NCBI GenBank assembly: GCA_965198945.1
Contig: CBDAQI010000001.1
Coordinates: 1-64,000, forward strand
Reading direction: 5' to 3'
Source of the DNA: Thermodesulfobacteriota bacterium
GTDB taxonomy: Bacteria > Desulfobacterota_D > UBA1144 > Nemesobacterales > Mycalebacteriaceae
Length of the DNA: 64,000 nucleotides
Under the pieces are notes generated by a model, which was not told the DNA's origin, ran no database searches, and saw only the letters and a program-made list of their open reading frames with translations. The position numbers were made by a program, and so were the translations under genes. Shown here piece by piece: positions 38,888-48,576 of this stretch (position 1 is the first letter of the stretch; the number at the start of each line of letters is the position of its first letter).

Positions 38888-39523
38888 TCAAAAATTGTAT
38901 TCCAGTTTTGTCCCCACGCTTACACTGATAACACTGTCAAGATCACTTCTACTCTCCAAGATTGAGTAAGAAAGCTGTGATTGCACACCTATTCTGGCTT
39001 TTTCCGATACGGAGACAGCAAATCCCAATTTGCCAATCAAGGGTATGGTAGTGCTCCTGCCAATATCGTCCGCAACATCGTAAAGATTTATTCCTGTTCC
39101 CGCTCCGAAAGAGAACTCTGCAGATTGATTCCCGGTCTTTACAAGAGCTATTACAGGCAGAAGCAAATGGTGAAAAGTACCACCGTCAAATTTAAGCCCA
39201 AAGTTTTGACCCAACGTACTGGCTTTGAATTCCAGATCATAAAAGCCAATTGTCCATCTTGGCGCAAACTCCACGGCTAAAGAACTTTCTTCGAAAAAAA
39301 CCCCGAACTTGGGCTCTATAAAGAAACCGTTTTCTTTTATTTCGAGATTGCTGATAGTTACTCCTGAAACTGTTATCTGGCCTTTTATGTCGGCATTCTG
39401 GTAGGAATAACCGGAACTTAAACTAAATTAGCGTTTTGAGTCTGCTGTCTGCGCATTGGAAACGCTGAAAGGGAAACCCGCTAATAATATGACAAAAACA
39501 AAGAGAATTGAAAATCTTCTCAT
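38888..39523 (-). pseudogene. Outer-membrane beta-barrel protein with an in-frame stop at codon 32
   Basis: SD GGAGGT, ATG at 39523, signal peptide MRRFSILFVFVILLAGFPFSVSNA, TAA at 39428-30. The same frame continues with amphipathic strands to the OMP-type C-terminus TKLEYNF (212 codons in total). Confidence 0.8.
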
Positions 39524-39702
39524 CTTAAACCTCCGTTAATTTGGACTTGCCCGGGATTTAAGGTGCCAGGCCTTGTCCACACTAAACGAAGGTTTTAAGT
39601 GTTCCCGCTTATTTCCCAGCGGAAGAAATCAGTCTTCCACCATAGCCGGGTCTTTTATTTAGCAGGGGACCCGACAAGGGTCTCCTCCGTCTAACGTGGA
39701 CA
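39524..39702 (-). ncRNA. Structured 5' leader with mutually exclusive anti-SD pairings (candidate translational switch)
   Basis: Segment 39575-39592 pairs 18/18 (four G-U) with 39684-39701, or alternatively about 22 bp with the RBS segment 39524-39546. Confidence 0.65.
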
Positions 39703-39706
39703 CAAA

Positions 39707-39736
39707 AATATAAACCAGAAAATACTGACAAGTCAA
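39707..39736 (-). promoter_or_regulatory. Sigma-70-type promoter of the structured leader
   Basis: TTGACT-18 nt-TATATT, placing +1 near 39701, the base of the long stem. Confidence 0.6.
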
Positions 39737-39783
39737 CTCTTATTGGAATCAACCGGAAAGGCCTTTCCCGGGCACCGAGACGG

Positions 39784-41025
39784 TCAGTTTCTCATAAAAC
39801 TGTAAAGGTGCTCTCCGATTTCGGAGTTTTTCAGTTTGTTGAGGGAGTGTTTTTCAATCTGCCTTATGCGCTCGCGGGTCAGGTCAAACATCTTTCCGAT
39901 CTCGTCAAGAGTGAAAGTGCCGCTCTCGTCTATTCCGAAGCGAAGTTTGATTATCTTTTCCTCACGCTCGTTCAGATGCTGTTTGAGCGCCTCACGCAGT
40001 TTCTCGGAAAGTGCGTTTTTGGCAATGACGAAATCGGGGATTGAATCCTCCTGATCGGGAACCGAATCAAGCAGAGTCGCATTTTTGCCCTCAAGAATTG
40101 GAGTGTCCAGGCTGATCGCGTCATTTGTGGAGTTCAGAATCCTCTTTACAACCTCAATCGTTATGCCGGATTCAAGAGATATTTCCTCCGGTGTCGGTTT
40201 TCTGTCAGTGGTTTTGGAGAGTTTGGCAACTGTCTTATAGACCCGGTTCGCCTGCTCAAGAAGGTAAACGGGAACCTTAATGGTTCTGGTCTGGCCTTGA
40301 AGAGCCCTGAGTATCGCCTGGTGTATCCACCACGAAGCATATGTTGAAAACTTGTATCCTTTTGTGTGGTCAAACCTCTCAACCGCTCTCATCAGACCGA
40401 GATTTCCTTCCTGAATCAAATCGGGCAGGGAAAGACCCCTGTTCGTATACCTTCTTGATATTGTTATGACAAGCCTCAGGTTTGCCTTAACAAATTTCTG
40501 CTTCATCCTTTGGGCTTTTCTCTCCTGCGAAATCCGCGCCAGTTTCCTGAAAACCTCTATTCTGCTTTCATATGCGTCTTTCCTCTCACTGCTTCTGGCC
40601 AGTTTTCTCTTTTTTTCCAGCCGTTCAATTTTTGAAACCACACCATATGCTTTGTCCGGCTTTCTGTATTTTATGTCCGTATCTTCGGCGGCGGCCTCGT
40701 ATTTCTTTATCTTGGATGAAATCTCAACTTCCTGCTTCGCCGTAAACAAATCCTCCGAAGACATATCCTTGAAATAAACATAGAGAAGCCTCATGTTTTC
40801 ATCGGGATTAAAATCTCCCTTTTTCTTCTTGATATTTGATTCTTCGGCTAAAACCTGAGCCGGCGGCTCGGAAAACTCATCTTCACGAGAAACAAGCGCG
40901 GCTTCTTCGCCGGATGCCGCACCAAGCCCGAACTCCTTTTCGCCCTCGGGAACGGAATAATTATCGTTCTCAGTCCCTTCCTCTTTCAAAAAGTCAACAC
41001 TCAGTTTTTTCTCTTTTTTAGCCAT
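39784..41025 (-). CDS. RNA polymerase sigma-70 factor, RpoD/RpoS-like without a canonical region 1.1
   Basis: ANLRLVI, DLIQEGNLGLMRAVERFD..KGYKFSTYASWWI, TLDEIG..FDLTRERIRQIE. Confidence 0.92.
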   Translation of the reverse strand: MAKKEKKLSVDFLKEEGTENDNYSVPEGEKEFGLGAASGEEAALVSREDEFSEPPAQVLAEESNIKKKKGDFNPDENMRLLYVYFKDMSSEDLFTAKQEVEISSKIKKYEAAAEDTDIKYRKPDKAYGVVSKIERLEKKRKLARSSERKDAYESRIEVFRKLARISQERKAQRMKQKFVKANLRLVITISRRYTNRGLSLPDLIQEGNLGLMRAVERFDHTKGYKFSTYASWWIHQAILRALQGQTRTIKVPVYLLEQANRVYKTVAKLSKTTDRKPTPEEISLESGITIEVVKRILNSTNDAISLDTPILEGKNATLLDSVPDQEDSIPDFVIAKNALSEKLREALKQHLNEREEKIIKLRFGIDESGTFTLDEIGKMFDLTRERIRQIEKHSLNKLKNSEIGEHLYSFMRN

Positions 41026-41085
41026 AGAGCAACCTCTCAACGAAGATCTGATTTACAAGGTAAAACAAGTTTCAATAGCCGAATA

Positions 41086-41694
<609 letters not shown>

Positions 41695-41800
41695 CTGTTA
41701 AACCTCCCGGCAAAATTGTAAAAAGCCTACTCTTACCGAGATGGTAATCTACCACAAAGAATTCCAAGATTAAACAGGAAAAGTTGCGCCCGGCATTGCG

Positions 41801-43207
41801 CTAATCCTCCCGCAAATTTTGCAAAATGCCCGCCAACGGCTCTTCCAGTGTTATTCTGAGATTTTTCTCCCCTTTGACCGCCTTATGAAGATCGCTGAAC
41901 GCCACGCCGCCCGTCCATATTATTTCGCCCCCGCACACAAAAATTGGCAGCCGCTTTCTGAGAAAAGACGGTATTTTCCTGTCAGAAAAAATTGACTTGA
42001 TTTTCTTTGTTCCATCCATACCGAGAGGGATGGTTCTGTCTCCGGGTCTGAAATTTCTGACCTCAATCGGGAATTCGGTTTTTTCAAGAGAAAAATGTCC
42101 GACATGGCTCCTGCCCCAGAGCGATGTATCATAAGTTTTTTCAAAATGCGCGACAATTCCTCCCGGCAGAGAGAGGCTCTCTTCGCCTCGCACGGTCATG
42201 CTGTAGTCTTCCACCGGCACACCCGCACTCCTCAGACAGAAAACACCGTGACTTTTCTCCATGGTTATGCCGAACGGAAGACTCACGGCGCCGGAAGCTT
42301 TGCGCGACATCAAAAGCAAGTCCATTTCCTCAAGATGTGAGAACTCCAGCCTTTCAATACCGCCTTTAATCATTGCATATAAACGCCTCAAAAGCTCGGA
42401 GCGCACGGCTCTATGAAGATTCACGCATGCGGAAACCGAACCGGCAATAAAATCCCCGGACCGGTCTTGAAAAAAAATCCGTCCCAGAGCTTTTTCCGCC
42501 TTGAGAGAAATATACGAAGACTGACTGCCCGCAGTGTCGGCAAGCCTGTTAAGAGCTGACTTTATTTGAGGATTAAAAGTTTCAAGCACGGGCAGAACCT
42601 GCTTTCTGATTCTGTTTCTCGTAAAAACCGTCAGCTCGTTGCTGCTGTCCTCAACCCATTTTTCCCCTTTATTTTCAAGATACTCAATAATTTGCCGGCG
42701 GCGGACTGCTATAAAAGGCCTTATCAAACTGCCGGAGCGCGGATTTATTGAAGAGATGCCCGAAACTCCGCTTCCGCGCACTATCCTCATCAGAACAGTC
42801 TCCGCTCTGTCGTCCATTGTGTGAGCTGTGGCTATCCTTTCGGCGCCGGTTTTTTCGCAAATTTCACGGAAAAACCGGTATCTGAGTTCCCTCGCGCCGT
42901 GTTCTATTGAAAGCCCGTTTCTTTTTGAAAACTCTTCGGTGTCACAGGAACGGATCTCAAGCGGCAAACCGAGTCTTCCGCACAGTTCAGACACAAACCC
43001 GGCGTCCCGTTCGGACTCGCTTCCGCGCAAATTGTGATTGAAATGGCAGACAAAAATTTCAGGCGCAAATTCATCAAGCTCTTTGAGGGCATGAAGAAGT
43101 GCGACGGAGTCCGCGCCGCCCGAAACTCCGACAACAACCCTCATGCCCGAGCGCGGCAGCATGTCAAACTCTCTCAGAGCGCTTATCAGATTTTCTTGCA
43201 GACTCAA
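41801..43207 (-). CDS. tilS: tRNA(Ile)-lysidine synthetase
   Basis: SGGADS, HFNHNLR, ARELRY, TAHTMDD.AET, EDSSN, RNRIR. Confidence 0.95.
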   Translation of the reverse strand: MSLQENLISALREFDMLPRSGMRVVVGVSGGADSVALLHALKELDEFAPEIFVCHFNHNLRGSESERDAGFVSELCGRLGLPLEIRSCDTEEFSKRNGLSIEHGARELRYRFFREICEKTGAERIATAHTMDDRAETVLMRIVRGSGVSGISSINPRSGSLIRPFIAVRRRQIIEYLENKGEKWVEDSSNELTVFTRNRIRKQVLPVLETFNPQIKSALNRLADTAGSQSSYISLKAEKALGRIFFQDRSGDFIAGSVSACVNLHRAVRSELLRRLYAMIKGGIERLEFSHLEEMDLLLMSRKASGAVSLPFGITMEKSHGVFCLRSAGVPVEDYSMTVRGEESLSLPGGIVAHFEKTYDTSLWGRSHVGHFSLEKTEFPIEVRNFRPGDRTIPLGMDGTKKIKSIFSDRKIPSFLRKRLPIFVCGGEIIWTGGVAFSDLHKAVKGEKNLRITLEEPLAGILQNLRED

Positions 43208-43851
43208 ACCTTTGGCGAAGAAGAGGAAATTCCTCCGGAAATAATCACATTAAAAGCCTGCTCAACGGTGAGCGGAATTTCTATGACTTTGGACTCCGGA
43301 ACCATTAGATAAAAGCCGCTTGTGGGGTTTGGTGTCGTCGGCAGAAAAATATTCACAAGAGTTTCTTCAAGCACGTTATGCCCCTCGCCGGGTTTCATCT
43401 TTCCCATTACAAAACCTATTGAATAAATACCCTCCCTTGGATATTCAAAAATCACGACCCCGTTGCCCTGCCGAATACCGGAAGTGCCGAACAGGGTCCC
43501 CAGAATCTGTTTGGAGGCGTTGTAGGCCGTTCTGACAACGGGTATTGAGAGTATGATTGATTCGGCAAAGCTTACAAGACGGTTGCCGATTATGTTCCTC
43601 GCCACATACCCCGCGAGCACGACAAGAAAAACCGTACAGAAAATTCCTATCGAGAAAGAAATCAGTTGAAAAACCCATTCGGGAAAAGAGTAGTCGGTAA
43701 CCAGATATTCAAGCACTCTTGAAGGCACGGCAATTACAAGTGAGTAAATCCACAAAGAGATTGTATAAACAAAAAAAATGGCGAGGCCGAAAGGGACAAT
43801 TACCGCGAGCCCCGTTAAAAAACCTTTTCTGAGCCAGTTAAAAAAACGCAT
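43204..43851 (-). CDS. DUF502 family membrane protein
   Basis: FLTGL..IVP, IPVVRTAY..KQI, FEYPREG, FLPTTPNPTSG, IISGG. Confidence 0.9.
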   Translation of the reverse strand: MRFFNWLRKGFLTGLAVIVPFGLAIFFVYTISLWIYSLVIAVPSRVLEYLVTDYSFPEWVFQLISFSIGIFCTVFLVVLAGYVARNIIGNRLVSFAESIILSIPVVRTAYNASKQILGTLFGTSGIRQGNGVVIFEYPREGIYSIGFVMGKMKPGEGHNVLEETLVNIFLPTTPNPTSGFYLMVPESKVIEIPLTVEQAFNVIISGGISSSSPKV

Positions 43852-43853
43852 AA

Positions 43854-44144
43854 TCAGTCCTTTTTGTAATTTGTCTGTTCCCGCAAAGTTCTGCTGGGCT
43901 TGAAAACAACCTCATTTCTTGAGGGAATTTTTATAATTTCCCCGGTCGCCGGATTTCTGCCTTTTCTGGGTTTTCTTTTTTTTACATACAGGCTCCCGAA
44001 ACGATGCAACTTCACCCAATCACCCTTTTGAAGGGATTTTTTCAGGGTGTCAAAAAAATATTCCACAATGTCGGCGGACTCTCTTTTTGAAAACCCGAGT
44101 TTTTTGTGTATTAAATCAGCAATTTCTTTTTTTGTAACAGCCAC
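43854..44144 (-). CDS. ihfA: Integration host factor subunit alpha
   Basis: VTKKEIA, FGSL, RKGRNPATG, FKPS; located directly after pheT. Confidence 0.88.
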   Translation of the reverse strand: MAVTKKEIADLIHKKLGFSKRESADIVEYFFDTLKKSLQKGDWVKLHRFGSLYVKKRKPRKGRNPATGEIIKIPSRNEVVFKPSRTLREQTNYKKD

Positions 44145-44148
44145 TTTT

Positions 44149-46575
44149 TTATCTTATTTGAGCGCCGAAAGAATCACCGAGTGTTCGCACGGCTTTTTTC
44201 CAAACCGAGTTCGCCTCTTCATCGGTGAGAGTTTTCTCAGCGGAACGCAAAACAATTGAAATTCCGACACTCTTCATGTCATCCCCCATGGATTTATCCT
44301 CAAAAAGATCAAAAATCCACACATTTTCAATAAGTGGGCTAACACTTTTGACACCGGATATTATATTTCCGACTTCCAGATTTTTTTTCACAATAAAAGC
44401 CACATCGCGCCTGAGCGAAGGAAACCTGGGCAAAGCTGAAAAAACCGGTCCGCCCCCATCACGGCAGGAATAAAGTCTGCCCAAATTCAGCTCAAGAGCA
44501 ACCGGACGTTTAAGGTCAAACACCGTGGCGGCTTCCGGATGTATTTCACCGATGTATCCGAGTTTTATCCCGTCTCCGAAAATAATACTCGCACTTTTTC
44601 CGGGGTGAAAATAATTTTTTTCCGAACCGGGCTCAAAAACCACCGCAGAGCGGAAAGAATCATCACCCCCGGAAAAAATATTCAAAAATTTTTCAAACAA
44701 ACCCTTCATATCAAAAAAATCAAAACTTCCGCCGCTCCATAAATCCGGCAGACCGTCTCCCGCGGCAACGGCCGAAAAAACTTTTTCCTCAACGGGCAGC
44801 CGGCCTTTGCCTTTGGGGTAAAATACTCTGCCCGATTCAAAAATTCTCGCTGCGCCGCACTGTCTGGAAAGATTGAATTTCAAATTTCTCATCAACCCCG
44901 CAAGCAGAGTGCCTCTCATGACGGAAATATCCGCTGAAATTGGGTTGAGAATTTCAAGCATTTCTCCGGAATTAAAAACCCTGAGAAATTCCGGGTTGTC
45001 AAACCCGTAGTTGACGGCCTCTGAAAAACCGTTCAGAACAAAAACGCTTTTTATTAAATTCTCCCCGTCCGTGCGGCCGTTTATTTTCCGCTCAAGCATG
45101 CCGACGCTCGGTTCGGTTTTCGGTATGCTGTTGTATCCGATAAGCCGGGCAACTTCCTCAATCACATCGGCGGGGCGCGTAACATCCGCCCTAAAGGTGG
45201 GAATTTTCAGAGAAACGTCCCCATCACCCGGGTCCGACACCTCAAAGCCCAGAGAAGCCAGAAGCCTTAAGACCTCCTTTCTGTCGCGTGAAGTCCCGAG
45301 AGTTTTCCATATTTTTTCAAGCGATACCCTTAGCTCGCAAGGCTTTATTTCCGTCGGGTAAACATCCGCAACTCCACGCAACCGGGAGCCTCCGGCAACC
45401 GACTTTATCAGAGAAGCAGCCCTTGTCAGAGCAGGAATCGCGGCCGCAGGGTCAACCCCTCTTTCAAATCTGTATGAAGACTCGGACGAAAGTTTCAGAC
45501 GCTTGGAAGTTCTCCTTACGGATGAGGGACTGAAACACGCAGCCTCAAGCAGAATTTTTTCTGTCTTCACACTGACTGAGGAACTCTCCGCTCCCATCAC
45601 GCCGGCAATTGCCAGCACACCCTCAGAATCCGCTATCACAAGGTTTTCGGGGGTCAGGTCATAACTTTGAGAGTCAAGAGCCGTAACAGACTCGCCGGTA
45701 TTTGCGTTTCTTACCGCAAGGCCGTCACTGACAAGGTCTGAATCAAACGCGTGAAGAGGCTGACCGAATTCAAGAAGCACAAGGTTTGTAACGTCAACAA
45801 CGTTGTTTACGGGCCTGATTCCACAGGCTGAAAGACGCGCCCGCAACCACAGCGGCGACTCTGCCACACTGACACCGTCCACAATTCCGCAACAGTAGCG
45901 CAGACAGCCTTTTTCATTTTCCAAGCTAACCTTGACAGCGTCCCGTGCGGCTTGGGAGCTCGTATCATCAACGCCCGGCTTTTGAAGAAGAGGCGGAATT
46001 TTCAAAACCCCGCCGGTTGCGACTGCGATTTCCCGCGCTATTCCAATTACGCTAAGGCAGTCAGGTCTGTTGGGTGTAACGACCACTTCAATAACAACAT
46101 CTTCAAAATCCGGAATTTCGGTAAGCGGTGTTCCCGCCGCAATGAAATCCGGCAGTATCATAATTCCGTCGGACTTGGCGGAAAAAAGCCCGATTTCCTG
46201 TTCCGAGCAAAGCATTCCGCCGGATTCACATCCGCGTATTTTGGAGCGTTTGATAGTGATTCCGTCGGGGAAAACAGCCGTTTGAGGCAACTTTGCCCCC
46301 GGAAGCGCGAGAACGACCATATCGCCCGTTTTCATGTTTGTCGCTCCGCAGACAATTTCGTGTGTTTCTCCGCCGTCAGTAACGGAACACAGAGACAGAC
46401 GGTCTGCGTTTGGATGGGCCCTCACGCTCTCCACTTTTGCAGACACAATTTTATCGTGTGTAAGATGTGTGATTGATTCCACTTCAAGACCCGCCATCGT
46501 AAGCGTTTCTCCAAGCTCTTGTGGAGAAAGGTCAAAATCCACATACTCTTTAAGCCACTTTATGGTTACTTTCAT
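44149..46575 (-). CDS. pheT: Phenylalanine--tRNA ligase beta subunit
   Basis: HPNADRL, IVCGA, TPNRPD, GQPLHAFD, RFERGVD, EEVARLIGY, RFPSLRRD. Confidence 0.96.
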   Translation of the reverse strand: MKVTIKWLKEYVDFDLSPQELGETLTMAGLEVESITHLTHDKIVSAKVESVRAHPNADRLSLCSVTDGGETHEIVCGATNMKTGDMVVLALPGAKLPQTAVFPDGITIKRSKIRGCESGGMLCSEQEIGLFSAKSDGIMILPDFIAAGTPLTEIPDFEDVVIEVVVTPNRPDCLSVIGIAREIAVATGGVLKIPPLLQKPGVDDTSSQAARDAVKVSLENEKGCLRYCCGIVDGVSVAESPLWLRARLSACGIRPVNNVVDVTNLVLLEFGQPLHAFDSDLVSDGLAVRNANTGESVTALDSQSYDLTPENLVIADSEGVLAIAGVMGAESSSVSVKTEKILLEAACFSPSSVRRTSKRLKLSSESSYRFERGVDPAAAIPALTRAASLIKSVAGGSRLRGVADVYPTEIKPCELRVSLEKIWKTLGTSRDRKEVLRLLASLGFEVSDPGDGDVSLKIPTFRADVTRPADVIEEVARLIGYNSIPKTEPSVGMLERKINGRTDGENLIKSVFVLNGFSEAVNYGFDNPEFLRVFNSGEMLEILNPISADISVMRGTLLAGLMRNLKFNLSRQCGAARIFESGRVFYPKGKGRLPVEEKVFSAVAAGDGLPDLWSGGSFDFFDMKGLFEKFLNIFSGGDDSFRSAVVFEPGSEKNYFHPGKSASIIFGDGIKLGYIGEIHPEAATVFDLKRPVALELNLGRLYSCRDGGGPVFSALPRFPSLRRDVAFIVKKNLEVGNIISGVKSVSPLIENVWIFDLFEDKSMGDDMKSVGISIVLRSAEKTLTDEEANSVWKKAVRTLGDSFGAQIR

Positions 46576-46650
46576 ATCAAAATCTCTTCACCGGAACTGA
46601 TATGGTATTCTAAAGCAGCTTAAATAGAAATCAAATAATACCGGACACTT

Positions 46651-47793
46651 ATGACGAAACAGACCCCCCGAAACATGACGAACAATCTGTCGCGCCTGAT
46701 AGCGGAAGATGTAAAAAAACAGGGCGCCATCACTTTTGAAAGATTTATGGATATTGCCCTTTACCATGAGGAGCTCGGATACTACTCAAGCGGGCGGGCG
46801 CAAATAGGCAAAAAGGGTGATTTCTACACAAGCCCGGCAGTGGGCAGCTCCTTCGGAAAGACTCTTGCAAGGGTCGTTAGCCGCCTGAAAAAGCTGATGG
46901 AGAGGCAGAACTGTATAACCGTTCTGGAAGTGGGAGGCGGGCAAGGATGGCTCGCGTTTGATATTCTTTCCGAGCTTGCAAGAACTGACCCCGAAACTTA
47001 CGGCTTGGTTGAGTATATACTGCTTGACCGTTGCAACCCTCAACAATGCGCGGTTACGGGAAAGCATAAAAACTTCCGCAGAGTGAAAAATTTTGATGAG
47101 ATAGTGGCGCCGTTAACAGGAATTATTCTTTCAAATGAGTTATTTGACGCCATTCCTTTTCATCGGCTCATATTTAGAAACGGGGAAATAAGGGAGATTT
47201 TCGTTTCTTGCGGCGAGTATGGGTTCGTGGAAACCGAAGCCGCGCCTTCAAGCGGAAAACTGGCCGAATACTTTGACAGGTGCGGGGGGGTGGAGAAAAT
47301 GGGATTTGTTGAAGGACAGCAGTTTGAGGTCTGCCCCGGCGCCGCCAAACTGCTGAAACAGATGGCGGACGCCATGAAAAAAGGGATAATTCTGACAATA
47401 GACTACGGTTTGCGGACAGAAGAGCTTTTCAGTCCGGAGAGATACAACGGCACTTTCAAGTGTCTATCAGAACACAAAATCAGCGAATCTCCATATCAGA
47501 AAATCGGCGAACAGGACATAACAGCCCATGTTGACTTTGGAAATCTTGAAAGCACGGGAGAGGCGTCAGGTCTTGCAACTCTTAAATACACAACACAGGG
47601 TCAATTCCTGCTTGACTGGGGAATAATGAAAATTGCCGAAAGAAATCTACAGGAGATACCAGCCATCAAAAACCTGTTTATGCCCTCAATGATGGGAAAC
47701 AGATTCCGAGCTTTGATGCAGGTCAAAAACTCAGACGAACTGAAGGAGAGTTTTTATCCCGAAAGCCCGTTAAAAATTTCATTCGGTCTATAA
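46651..47793 (+). CDS. SAM-dependent methyltransferase, MidA/NDUFAF7 family
   Basis: FMDIALY...GYY, GDFYTSP, EVGGGQG, SNELFDA, IDYG, QDITAHVDF. Confidence 0.9.
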   Translation: MTKQTPRNMTNNLSRLIAEDVKKQGAITFERFMDIALYHEELGYYSSGRAQIGKKGDFYTSPAVGSSFGKTLARVVSRLKKLMERQNCITVLEVGGGQGWLAFDILSELARTDPETYGLVEYILLDRCNPQQCAVTGKHKNFRRVKNFDEIVAPLTGIILSNELFDAIPFHRLIFRNGEIREIFVSCGEYGFVETEAAPSSGKLAEYFDRCGGVEKMGFVEGQQFEVCPGAAKLLKQMADAMKKGIILTIDYGLRTEELFSPERYNGTFKCLSEHKISESPYQKIGEQDITAHVDFGNLESTGEASGLATLKYTTQGQFLLDWGIMKIAERNLQEIPAIKNLFMPSMMGNRFRALMQVKNSDELKESFYPESPLKISFGL

Positions 47794-47880
47794 GACAAGG
47801 TCAATACACCCGCTTCTTTACTTGACACACATACATCACCGCCGTTACAGTAAAAAATCTGAAACTCCGAGGTTAATCAA

Positions 47881-48564
47881 ATGACTGACTCTATATACAA
47901 AAACAACATCGGCCCTGAGATGGGCAAATTCAAAGAAACAAACCCCGAAATGCTTGAATCATGGATGGCTTATCACGACAGCGTATTTAATGACGGGGCT
48001 CTGTCCGTTAAGGAAAAGCAGCTTATAGCCGTTGCGGTCGCACATATAACATCCTGCCCTTACTGCATAAGGTCAAGAGTCAACGCTTCACTCAAAGCCG
48101 GAGCGACGGACAAAGAGATTGTTGAGGTTATTTATGTTGCAATGCGTCTTGCCATGGGCGCGCCCTACGCCTTCTCAAGCATAGCGTTTGAGGCATGGGA
48201 CCATCTTGAACAGAGTGTTCCGCTCTCTGAAGGACACTTTTTCAAAAAAGACATAGCTCACGAAATCAACTTCTTCAAAGAAGAAAGCGGGGACATAGCC
48301 GCGCCGTTTGGAAACTTCCACAAGAAAACTTTTGAAGACGGAGCTCTCACAAAGAAATTTAAACGCGGTATCGTGGCGCTTGCCTGTGCCCTGACTACAA
48401 AATGCCCCTACTGCATAAGATCCTGCGTCAAAGACGGGAAAGCGGACGGTGTAACATCAAAACAGATAGCCGAAGCCGTAAACGTTGCAATGGTTATGAC
48501 CGCCGGAGCCTGCTGGGCGCATTCTTCAATAGCAATGGAAACAATAGCAAAAGCGGAAAAATAA
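47881..48564 (+). CDS. Tandem two-domain carboxymuconolactone decarboxylase / AhpD-like protein
   Basis: Two internal repeats, each F.DGAL..K.K..(I/V)A.A.A....CPYCIRS. Confidence 0.85.
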   Translation: MTDSIYKNNIGPEMGKFKETNPEMLESWMAYHDSVFNDGALSVKEKQLIAVAVAHITSCPYCIRSRVNASLKAGATDKEIVEVIYVAMRLAMGAPYAFSSIAFEAWDHLEQSVPLSEGHFFKKDIAHEINFFKEESGDIAAPFGNFHKKTFEDGALTKKFKRGIVALACALTTKCPYCIRSCVKDGKADGVTSKQIAEAVNVAMVMTAGACWAHSSIAMETIAKAEK

Positions 48565-48576
48565 GTTCATCGCCTT

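Noticed and set aside
39540..39702. Cobalamin, TPP, SAM, glycine or c-di-GMP riboswitch, or 6S RNA
   Set aside because: Diagnostic motifs are absent (B12 box, CUGAGA and so on). GTCCCCTG and CTTAAAAC echo 6S RNA, but the rod is only about 130 nt and is tied to an RBS. An Rfam search is still needed.
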